Assembly (NCBI GenBank): GCA_007130045.1 | Contig: SLTG01000094.1 | Location: 590 to 64,589 of the forward strand | Length of the DNA stretch: 64,000 nucleotides | Reading direction: 5' to 3' | Source: Opitutales bacterium | GTDB taxonomy: Bacteria; Verrucomicrobiota; Verrucomicrobiia; Opitutales; T3Sed10-336 | Part shown: positions 50,588 to 58,625 of the stretch, in pieces | Layout of the letters: each line of letters opens with the position of its first letter | Position numbering within the stretch: position 1 is the first letter of the stretch | The notes under the pieces: generated by a model | Told to the model about the DNA's origin: nothing | What the model saw: the letters and a program-made list of their open reading frames with translations, nothing else | The model's database searches: none | Position numbers and translations under genes: made by a program

Positions 50588-51970
50588 ATGGAAGAGAATC
50601 CGGAGAAATCCAACCCAATCAGCCGGCGCCGCTTTCTGAGAAACGGCGCTCTGGCCGGTGCCGGACTTGTCTTCGGTGCTCCCTCCATCCTCGGCTCGAC
50701 CGCCAGGAACGCCCCCTCGGACGAGATCAAGGTGGCGTTCATCGGCTGCGGCGCGCAGCAGCAGGTCCTGTTCTCCGCGATGCGCAATATTCCGGGCATT
50801 CACTATCAGGCGGTCTGCGACATTATGCCCGACCGCTTGGGCGGGGCGTTCGGAAGGATACGCGCCACCTTCGGATACAATCCCAACCGTTACGTGGACG
50901 CCGAGGAGATGCTCTCCTCGGAAACCGATCTCGACGCGGTGATTGTGGCGACCCCGGACTTCTGGCATGCCCGGCACACCAATTGGAGCCTGGAAGCGGG
51001 CCGGCACGTATTTTGCGAAAAGATGATGGCTCACACCATCGAAGACGCGCGCTCCATGGTGCGGACCGCCGAAAGCACGGGCCTTTTCTGCCAGATCAAC
51101 CACCAGCGCCGTTCCAATCCCCGGTACCGTTACACCCGGGACCAACTCATTCAGAACCATCGGATCTGCGGCGATATCCAGAACCTCAACGGGCAATGGA
51201 ACCGCTCGATCGGGGCCTCCCAGGACATCGACGTCAATCCGAGGATTATCCCCGACCAGGAAACGCTGCGGACCTACGGGTTCGCCGATGCCCATCAATT
51301 CCTGAATTGGCGCTGGTACCGGGATCTGTCCGGCGGGCCCATTTCCGATCTCGGCGCTCACCAGATCGACATTTTCAACTGGTTCCTCGATGACGTTCCG
51401 ACCTCGGTGGTGGCGTCGGGCGGGCGGAATTATTTCCGGAATCGCGAGCACTACGACAATGTGATGGCGATTTTCGAATACGACACTCCGTTGCACGGTC
51501 CGGTGCGGGCGTTTTACCAGGTTCTGACCGGCACCAGCGCGGGAGGCGGCTACTATGAGGCGTTCATGGGGACGGAAGGCACGGTTCAGATTTCCGAGCA
51601 GCGGCAATTCACGAACATTTACCGGGAATCGGGCGCTCCGAGCTGGAATTCTCTCGTCAGGCGGAACCTGCTCCGGATGGTCGCGGCGTCCGCTCCCGCC
51701 GACACCGGCGACTCGGTCGCCTCGTACGAGAGCCCGCCCTTGGAGAAGTACGATCTTCCGGGGGTCCTCGCCAAGCCGGTACACCAGCCGCACCTGGAGA
51801 ATTTTTTTGACACGCTGCGGGGCCGGGCGACATTGAATTGTGACGCCCGGACCGCGTTTGAATCCGAAGCGCCCATTTTCTGGGTGAATCCTTCGGCGGG
51901 AAAACGGGAATATATCCAGTTGTCCGCCGAACACCTGTCGGTTGATGGCGGGCTCACCGCCGAAACCTGA
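50588..51970 (+). CDS. Gfo/Idh/MocA-family oxidoreductase with a Tat signal
   Basis: A twin-arginine signal is present (ISRRRFLRNGALAGAGLVFGAPS). The sequence continues VAFIGCGAQQ... and contains VFCEKMM (EKP-like motif). Confidence 0.8.
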   Translation: MEENPEKSNPISRRRFLRNGALAGAGLVFGAPSILGSTARNAPSDEIKVAFIGCGAQQQVLFSAMRNIPGIHYQAVCDIMPDRLGGAFGRIRATFGYNPNRYVDAEEMLSSETDLDAVIVATPDFWHARHTNWSLEAGRHVFCEKMMAHTIEDARSMVRTAESTGLFCQINHQRRSNPRYRYTRDQLIQNHRICGDIQNLNGQWNRSIGASQDIDVNPRIIPDQETLRTYGFADAHQFLNWRWYRDLSGGPISDLGAHQIDIFNWFLDDVPTSVVASGGRNYFRNREHYDNVMAIFEYDTPLHGPVRAFYQVLTGTSAGGGYYEAFMGTEGTVQISEQRQFTNIYRESGAPSWNSLVRRNLLRMVAASAPADTGDSVASYESPPLEKYDLPGVLAKPVHQPHLENFFDTLRGRATLNCDARTAFESEAPIFWVNPSAGKREYIQLSAEHLSVDGGLTAET

Positions 51971-51988
51971 TTTCACTTCAACACACAC

Positions 51989-52702
51989 ATGAAAAACAAG
52001 CATCTTATAGTTATCCTTTCCGGAATCACTCTTTCGCTCCTGACCGGTTGCGGCGAAGCGGAAAACGGCGAGGCGCCGGGCGCCGGCACGCAGGAACAGG
52101 CGGCCGGCCAGGTTCGCTACCAGCCGGAATTTCCCCCGGAACAAATCGAAGGCACCCCGGAAGAGGGCACCCTCGGCAATGTTGTGGGCGTTCCGCAGCA
52201 GCCGCCTTCGCTTTCCCTTCCCGCGGGAGCCGAACTGGTTTCCAGGGATAAACCGGTTACCGCGAGCGACCCGATGCCGATCATTGGCGATCTTTCCTAT
52301 ATCACCGACGGAGACAAGAGGGCGGGGGAAGGGTACTACGTCGAGTTGATGCCCGGCGAGCAATGGGTGCAGATCGACCTGGAAGCCGAACACGAGATTC
52401 ACGGCATCTGGGTCTGGCATTACCATCGCCAGGAGCGCGCTTACCTTTCGGTCGTGGTTCAGATTTCCAACGATGAGGATTTCTTAAGCGACGTCACCAC
52501 CGTATTCAACAACGATTACGAGAACGCGCTGGGTTTGGGCCGCGGCCGCGATCGACCCTACCTGGAAAGCCGTTACGGGAAACCGATTAGCGTGGACGGG
52601 GTCAGAGGTCGGTACGTCCGCCTTTACAGCGCCGGCAACACAGCCAACGATATGAACCATTATATCGAGGTTGAGGTCCACGGCATTCCCGTCGAGTCCT
52701 AA
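51989..52702 (+). CDS. lipoprotein with an F5/8 type C (discoidin, CBM32-like) domain
   Basis: A lipobox is present (LSLLTGC). The C-terminal ~150 aa show a discoidin-like pattern (ITDGDK...WVQIDLEAEHEIHGIWVWHY...GRYVRLYS...YIEVEVHG). Confidence 0.65.
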   Translation: MKNKHLIVILSGITLSLLTGCGEAENGEAPGAGTQEQAAGQVRYQPEFPPEQIEGTPEEGTLGNVVGVPQQPPSLSLPAGAELVSRDKPVTASDPMPIIGDLSYITDGDKRAGEGYYVELMPGEQWVQIDLEAEHEIHGIWVWHYHRQERAYLSVVVQISNDEDFLSDVTTVFNNDYENALGLGRGRDRPYLESRYGKPISVDGVRGRYVRLYSAGNTANDMNHYIEVEVHGIPVES

Positions 52703-52738
52703 CCGAATCGGGGTTCGCTTCGCCCGTTGCGCCGCCGT

Positions 52739-53503
52739 TCACTTCGGATCGTAATGACCGGAGTGAGTGCGCTTCCTGATGCGCAGAAGCGATGCCAGCA
52801 TCGGCCCCGCGACCGCGACGGCGCGCACCGAGCCGCCTCCTTTTTCCTCCCAGTTCACCGGCACTTCAATCAGTTCGACCGCGTGCCTGCGAAGCGCGAC
52901 CAGGAGCTCGCCGTCGAAGGCGAAACCGTTTTCCATTAGTTGGGGAGCCACATCCCGAAACGCCGCGGCATCGATGATCTTCGCGCCGCATTGAGGATCG
53001 TGCACCGGCAATTTCAGAAGGTTTCGCGCGATCGCGGCAAAGATCCTGTGGGTGAGTTTTCGCAGGGGCTTCTGGACAACGATCGTCTCCCTGTCCCATT
53101 TGCGTGACGCGAGAATAGCGTGCCCCGGACCCGCATCGTGGGCTTTCTGCATCAAGTTCACGATCGACGCGCCGTCGACGCTGCCGTCGGCGTCGATGAA
53201 TCCCAGCCAATCGGCGTCGGGGTACGCCGCCCACGCGCTTCGCACCGTGCCTCCCTTGCCCAGGTGTTCCCCTTTCTCAAAGAATTCCATTTCCGGGTGG
53301 ATTTTGCGAAATTTCTCCACGAGTTCCTGAACGCGCCGGCTCTCTTCGTCCCCGGAGCCGTCATCCGCAACCACCCAGAGAACCGGCAACGGGGAGTCCT
53401 TTAACGCCTGAGCCAGGGAAGGCCCGAAGACAGACAACCGTTCGGTGTCGTGGTAAACGGGCGTGACCAGCACGATATGCCGTTGAGTCGCGGACACCTT
53501 CAT
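52739..53503 (-). CDS. family 2 glycosyltransferase (polyprenol-phosphate sugar synthase-like)
   Basis: The sequence reads VLVTPVYHD...WVVADDGSGDE...GFIDADGS (DxD). The length of 254 aa is typical of Dpm1/ArnC-like GT2 enzymes. Confidence 0.75.
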   Translation of the reverse strand: MKVSATQRHIVLVTPVYHDTERLSVFGPSLAQALKDSPLPVLWVVADDGSGDEESRRVQELVEKFRKIHPEMEFFEKGEHLGKGGTVRSAWAAYPDADWLGFIDADGSVDGASIVNLMQKAHDAGPGHAILASRKWDRETIVVQKPLRKLTHRIFAAIARNLLKLPVHDPQCGAKIIDAAAFRDVAPQLMENGFAFDGELLVALRRHAVELIEVPVNWEEKGGGSVRAVAVAGPMLASLLRIRKRTHSGHYDPK

Positions 53504-53539
53504 CGTACTATTTGGGGTGAACGGGGTCGTTTCCGGATC

Positions 53540-53571
53540 GGGACACGCCGGTTCCCGTCCCGGCGTGTCCC
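53540..53571. repeat. perfect 12-bp GC-rich hairpin (GGGACACGCCGG - TTCCCGTC - CCGGCGTGTCCC)
   Basis: I read it directly in the sequence. It lies in the 173-nt divergent region between the GT2 gene (-) and the GT39-like gene (+). Confidence 0.75.
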
Positions 53572-53676
53572 GAAGCGGCGCCGGATGGCCGCCCTGGGTG
53601 GTTTTGCGGCTGAAACGATCCGGCCCTGTGATGATGATGAAAAAACATATGCAAGGATAAACAACATAATGTTATC

Positions 53677-55233
53677 GTGTTTTCAATGAAAGAGGGAAGT
53701 GTCGCCGTTTCGCCGAAATGGGTAATCGTCTTGTCGGTGGGGATCCTGTGCTTCGGTCTGGGCATGTGGATCCGCTTGGACGCCATCGAACACCGTCCGC
53801 TGCACGCCGACGAAGCCACCGGCGCCCGGCTGCTTGCCGACCGGTTGGAGACCGGAACGTACGCGTTCGATCCCACCCATTTTCACGGCCCCCTTCTCAG
53901 TGCGTTTGCCGAGCCCGTCGCCCGGCTGCGAGGCGAAGCCGATTGGGAAAGTCTCAGCCCGCGCGCCCTCCGGCTGGGAATCGCGTGGCTGGGCGGATTG
54001 ACAGTCCTGCTCGCGCTTGCGTTCGCGCCGTGGATCGGGATCGCCGGGGCGCTGGCGGCGGGAGCTTTCGTCGCCACTTCCCCGTTCCTCGTTTACTACA
54101 GCCGCGTCTTTATTCACGAGACGCTGTTCGGTTTTCTCGCGATCGGCACCGTACTCGCTTTGGTGGCTTATCTGAACGGGCCCGCCCTATGGAAGGCGGT
54201 GGTGTTGGGAATCCTGGCCGGCCTCCTGATGGCGACCCGGGAGACCTTTGTCATCTGCTTTTTCGCGTGGGCCGTTGCGGGCGCTCTGGTGGCATTCGAG
54301 CATCACCGGCGCGGGCGTCCGCTCGTGCCCGGCCCGGTTGTTCGACGGCTCCCGAGGGACGTTCTCCTTGCCGCCGCGCTTGCCTTTCTCGTCGTGTCTG
54401 TTCTGTACACCGGCGCCGGTTCAAGCCCGGCCGGACTCGTCGATTTCGTCCGCACGTTTTTCGTTTACGAAACCGGGGAGGGGCACGACAAACCTTTCTG
54501 GCACTACGCATGGATGCTGCTCTGGCCGAAGCAGCAGGGCGGGGTGTGGTGGACGGAGGCCGCGATCGGTGCCGGGGCGATCCTTGGGTTCGCGTTGAGC
54601 TTCAAGCGTCCCCGGGGGGATTACGTTCGATTTCTGTTTTACGCCGGTATCGTGCAATGGATTGTGTATTCGGTGATTCCTTACAAGACGCCATGGCTGG
54701 TTTTGACGCCCTGGCTGCACTTCTGCCTGGTTGCGGGCGCGGGAGTCGGTTATCTGTTCGGCGGCGGGGGAATCGCCAGAAAGGGCGCCGTGCTCGCGGT
54801 TGTCGTCGCCTTGCTGGTCTGGCACAAGGGGCAGGCCGACCGCGCGACACACAGGTACGCGTCCGACACGCGGAATCCGTACGCCTATGTTCCCACTTCC
54901 ACGGATATCGAACGGGCACCCGCTCTGATTGCCGAAATGGCTCGAGTTTCGCCCGACGTCGAGGCCGGACCGGTGGCGGTCATCGGGCGTGCGTACTGGC
55001 CGTTGCCGTGGTATCTGCGCGGGACGCCGTCGGTCGGTTACTGGGATTCCCTGCCCGAGGATGCCCAAAGGTTCCCCGTTCTGCTCGTCCTTCCGGCGGA
55101 ACTGGCGCGCGTGCGGGAAAGCCTGGACGACACCCACACTGCGCTGCCGCGAGGACTTCGTGCCGACACACCCGTTTTTCTCCTCGTTCGCAACGACATC
55201 TGGGAGGCGTATCTGGATTTCGACGACGAATAA
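53677..55233 (+). CDS. GT39/ArnT-like (GT-C fold) membrane glycosyltransferase, TIGR03663-like
   Basis: It has more than 10 TM helices. The first loop contains the HADEA motif (RPLHADEATGARL). A soluble C-terminal domain follows. It is paired divergently with the GT2 gene. Confidence 0.65.
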   Translation: MFSMKEGSVAVSPKWVIVLSVGILCFGLGMWIRLDAIEHRPLHADEATGARLLADRLETGTYAFDPTHFHGPLLSAFAEPVARLRGEADWESLSPRALRLGIAWLGGLTVLLALAFAPWIGIAGALAAGAFVATSPFLVYYSRVFIHETLFGFLAIGTVLALVAYLNGPALWKAVVLGILAGLLMATRETFVICFFAWAVAGALVAFEHHRRGRPLVPGPVVRRLPRDVLLAAALAFLVVSVLYTGAGSSPAGLVDFVRTFFVYETGEGHDKPFWHYAWMLLWPKQQGGVWWTEAAIGAGAILGFALSFKRPRGDYVRFLFYAGIVQWIVYSVIPYKTPWLVLTPWLHFCLVAGAGVGYLFGGGGIARKGAVLAVVVALLVWHKGQADRATHRYASDTRNPYAYVPTSTDIERAPALIAEMARVSPDVEAGPVAVIGRAYWPLPWYLRGTPSVGYWDSLPEDAQRFPVLLVLPAELARVRESLDDTHTALPRGLRADTPVFLLVRNDIWEAYLDFDDE

Positions 55234-55312
55234 AAAGGCTTTGGAGGCGGAACCCGGGCGCCGATATTGGAATTGCCGTTGGGAGATCGGACGGTAGGCT
55301 GATTGTCTTCGA

Positions 55313-56179
55313 ATGATCGAGCTCGAGGACAACAGAACCATTCACCGATTCGATCACGCGGCCATGAACACCGTGTTCTCCCTTCGTATCCCCCATCCGG
55401 ACCGCGATCGCTCCCTCCAGGTTGCCGGAGCTTGCTTTCGACGGCTTGACGGACTTGAGGACCGTTTCAGTCGTTACCGCGACGACAGCGATGTTTCGCG
55501 CATCAACGCGCTGCGAAAAGGCGAAAGTCTTTTTATCGAAGAAGACACCCATGCCTGTTTGAAGCTGGCCATGGAGGCTTCCGCGGCGACGGGAGGGCTT
55601 TTCGATGTCACTCTGGGCGCCCGCATCGAGCACCGGAAACTAATGAAGGAAGGGGAGGCGCCGAAGTTGTCGGGCAGGATCGAAGTGGCGCCGGACCAAC
55701 CGAGGGTGGCCTGTATGGAGCCCGGTCGGGAGATCGATCTCGGCGGCATCGGCAAGGGATTCGCACTCGACCGGATGGCGGAGGTCCTTCGGGAGCATGG
55801 GATCGAGTCCGCCCTGATTTCCTGCGCCGGAAGCACCTTGTTGGCGAGGGGAAAGGAGACCTGGGACGTGCTTTTGCGCGGGGAAGAGGTCAAGCAGCGC
55901 CTGGCCCTCGCCGAAGAGGCGCTGAGCGCCTCGGGAACCGGATTTCAGGGCGCCCATGTGCTGCATCCGGACGCGGCCGGTTATGATTTTCCCTACATCT
56001 TTCGACGTGTCTGGGTCGTTGCGGTCTCGGCCGCCGTGGCGGACGCATTTTCCACCGCATGTCTGCTGATGGACCGGGACGAACTCGCCGCGTTCCATTC
56101 GGTCACTCCCGAAGCGAAGCGGTGTTTTGCCGAGCCGCATTCCGGGAGCGAGCTGATCTGTCTCAAGAAATCCGCCTGA
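55313..56179 (+). CDS. apbE: FAD:protein FMN transferase (ApbE family)
   Basis: It contains HRFDHAAMNTVFSL, SDVSRIN and the DLGGIGKGFALDR motif. Confidence 0.8.
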   Translation: MIELEDNRTIHRFDHAAMNTVFSLRIPHPDRDRSLQVAGACFRRLDGLEDRFSRYRDDSDVSRINALRKGESLFIEEDTHACLKLAMEASAATGGLFDVTLGARIEHRKLMKEGEAPKLSGRIEVAPDQPRVACMEPGREIDLGGIGKGFALDRMAEVLREHGIESALISCAGSTLLARGKETWDVLLRGEEVKQRLALAEEALSASGTGFQGAHVLHPDAAGYDFPYIFRRVWVVAVSAAVADAFSTACLLMDRDELAAFHSVTPEAKRCFAEPHSGSELICLKKSA

Positions 56180-56349
56180 AATCAGTCGAATGCCGATCGG
56201 TTTTCGGATTCGGTGGAATTCGAAAACCTGGCTGTCGGTTTGGGAGTTCAGTTTAGGGCGGTACCCAGGATATGACGCGGTAAGTGCGAACGCCCTGGCA
56301 GAAGAGGCCGAGGGGCGTTCGATACGCCGCCAGTCTAATCCGATTGATT

Positions 56350-56364
56350 GAAAATCCGATTTTC
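56350..56364. promoter_or_regulatory. perfect 7-1-7 palindrome GAAAATC-C-GATTTTC, candidate operator upstream of the SLC13 gene
   Basis: I read it directly in the sequence. It lies 64 nt upstream of the ATG at 56428. Confidence 0.35.
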
Positions 56365-56427
56365 CATCGAGCCGGAAAATTTAGCATTGTTGAAGGTGCG
56401 GCGTGCAGGTACGCTTCGCGCCAATAG

Positions 56428-58041
56428 ATGAATCTGAAGAAACCAATCGCTCTCTTTGCGGGAATCGCGCTGTTCATCCTCCCGTTTTTCCTCGAGCTGG
56501 AAGGACTGTCCCTGATGGGACATATCACGCTGGGGATATTTCTGCTGGCGGCAGTGTTCTGGGTGACCGAGCCGATCCCGATTTACGCGACGTCGCTCCT
56601 GGTGATATTTCTTCAAATACTTTTCCTCAGCGTTCAGGGACCGTTATTTCAGTTGAACGAGGTTCCCTCGGCGACCCCGGCCGCCGTAGAGGAAGGGGTG
56701 TGGGAGATTCCGGCCGGCGCGTTGCAGGACGGGGAGAGAGTTCTGTTGCTGGTGAACAAGAACCGGGCGGAGGCCGTTCCGGTTGAAGTGGTCGGGGAAG
56801 ATGCGGAGACGGTTACGGTCCGTTCGGACCTGGTTGCGGCGAACTCGCGGCTGGTGCTCGACGCCGACCATTGGCTCCTGGAATTTCCGGCGCCGGGTTA
56901 CACGAGTTACCTGAACGCCCTGGCGAACCCGATTATCATCCTTTTCCTGGGCGGCTTTGTGCTCGCCAGCGCGGCGGTGAAATATCAGCTCGATCGCAAT
57001 CTTACCCGCGTAATCCTGCGTCCTTTCGGTACGAAGCCCGCCTACGTGACGATGGGGTTGATGCTGGTGACAGCGGGGCTGTCCGCGTTCATGAGCAATA
57101 CGGCGACGACGGCGATGATGATGACGGTGATCCTGCCGATCGTCGCGCAACTCGATCCGAACGACCGTTACCGGATTGGAATCGCGCTGGCGATTCCGTT
57201 CGCGGCGAACGTGGGCGGCATCGCGACGCCGATCGGGACGCCCCCGAATGCGATCGTGATCGGCGCCCTTCAGGAGCAGGGGGTCTCGATCGCTTTCGGT
57301 TCGTGGATGATGCTCGCCGTTCCGCTGGTGGTTGTTCTGCTGGTTTTTGTCTGGTGGCTGCTGCTCAAGGTTTATCCGGCCAGGGAGGAACGGATCGTTC
57401 TCGACCTCAGCGGGAAATTCAACCTTTCATGGAAAGCCGTTACACTTTACGTGGTGTTCGGATTGACCGTGTTTCTTTGGGTGACCGAAGCCTGGCACGG
57501 TCTTTCGAGCAGCGTCGTTGCCTTCTTTCCGATCGCGGCGCTTACCGCGTTTCAGGTGATCGAGAAGGATGAAATCCGCAATCTTTCGTGGGAGGTCCTT
57601 TGGTTGATGGCAGGGGGGATCGCGCTCGGGATTTCGATGCGGGATACGGGGCTTGCCGAATGGTTGATCGGCTTGATTCGCTGGGACGCGATGGGTGCGT
57701 TTCTGGTTTTGGCGGTATTCGGATTCGTGGCGGCCGGGCTTTCGAACTTCATTTCGAATACCGTGGCGGCAAGCCTGCTCGTTCCGCTTGCGGTGACCCT
57801 CGGGGCGAGCGGGATCCTTGCCGAGGGGGTCTCCTTCGAAATGAACGCGGTCATTATCGCGGTCGGAGCGAGCCTGGGCATGGCGCTCCCGATTTCGACA
57901 CCGCCGAACGCCATTGCGATGAGCACCGGCATGTTGCGGACCGCGGATATGGCGAAAATGGGGATTTTGATCGGAATCGTGGGATTGATAATCGCCCTTG
58001 CGCTGTCGCAGGTGCTTTGGCCGCTTCTGGGGCTGAAATAA
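56428..58041 (+). CDS. SLC13/DASS-family anion:sodium symporter with a ~100-aa soluble insertion after TM2-3
   Basis: Both hairpin motifs are present (FMSNTATTAMM and FISNTVAASLL / TPPNAI twice), together with many TM helices. Confidence 0.8.
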   Translation: MNLKKPIALFAGIALFILPFFLELEGLSLMGHITLGIFLLAAVFWVTEPIPIYATSLLVIFLQILFLSVQGPLFQLNEVPSATPAAVEEGVWEIPAGALQDGERVLLLVNKNRAEAVPVEVVGEDAETVTVRSDLVAANSRLVLDADHWLLEFPAPGYTSYLNALANPIIILFLGGFVLASAAVKYQLDRNLTRVILRPFGTKPAYVTMGLMLVTAGLSAFMSNTATTAMMMTVILPIVAQLDPNDRYRIGIALAIPFAANVGGIATPIGTPPNAIVIGALQEQGVSIAFGSWMMLAVPLVVVLLVFVWWLLLKVYPAREERIVLDLSGKFNLSWKAVTLYVVFGLTVFLWVTEAWHGLSSSVVAFFPIAALTAFQVIEKDEIRNLSWEVLWLMAGGIALGISMRDTGLAEWLIGLIRWDAMGAFLVLAVFGFVAAGLSNFISNTVAASLLVPLAVTLGASGILAEGVSFEMNAVIIAVGASLGMALPISTPPNAIAMSTGMLRTADMAKMGILIGIVGLIIALALSQVLWPLLGLK

Positions 58042-58124
58042 ACGAACGGAAACGCGCGGTGGATTGAATCCGGGAGTTCAATGAGCGATCATAAGCCAAT
58101 CAGGTTGTCCCGGGGAAAGGAATT

Positions 58125-58625
58125 ATGAAAGAGATTTACATCGTTTGTATTGACGACGAGCCCGATGTGCTCCGCGCAGTGGCGCGCGATCTTGCACCGC
58201 TGGAGGAAGGATTTCCCATCGAAACCGCCGGTTCGGCCGACGAGGCGAAGCAGGTTATCGATGGCATTCTCGATAATGGAAATTGCGTCGGTTTGCTTCT
58301 TTGCGATCATGTGATGCCAGGGAAAAGCGGCGTGCGCCTGCTGATCGAATTGCGCGGTCACATCGAGCTCGAAGCGGCGCGAAAGGTGCTTTTTACCGGA
58401 CAGGCCGGCCTTGAAGACACTGTCGAGGCGATCAACCATGCAAAGATCACGCATTACCTTGCGAAGCCCTGGGACAAGGAGGAGTTGTTGAAAGCGGCGC
58501 GGGACGAATTGACCAGCTACGTCATTGCCACCGGCCGGGATCCGCTGCCTTATATGCGTTATCTGGATCAAACCCGGCTTGCGGAATATGTGCGCCAGCG
58601 AAACAGAATCGACACCGGGCAGTGA
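58125..58625 (+). CDS. stand-alone response-regulator receiver protein
   Basis: The REC motifs are present: CIDDEPD, LLLCDHVMPG (phospho-Asp), LFTGQA and YLAKPW. Only about 40 aa follow the domain, so there is no output domain. Confidence 0.8.
   Translation: MKEIYIVCIDDEPDVLRAVARDLAPLEEGFPIETAGSADEAKQVIDGILDNGNCVGLLLCDHVMPGKSGVRLLIELRGHIELEAARKVLFTGQAGLEDTVEAINHAKITHYLAKPWDKEELLKAARDELTSYVIATGRDPLPYMRYLDQTRLAEYVRQRNRIDTGQ

Noticed and set aside
56314-56328. T-loop-like GGCG-TTCGATA-CGCC in the apbE/SLC13 spacer, as a possible tRNA or tRNA-like element.
   Set aside because: The stem is only 4 bp, and no acceptor, D or anticodon arms can be drawn around it.
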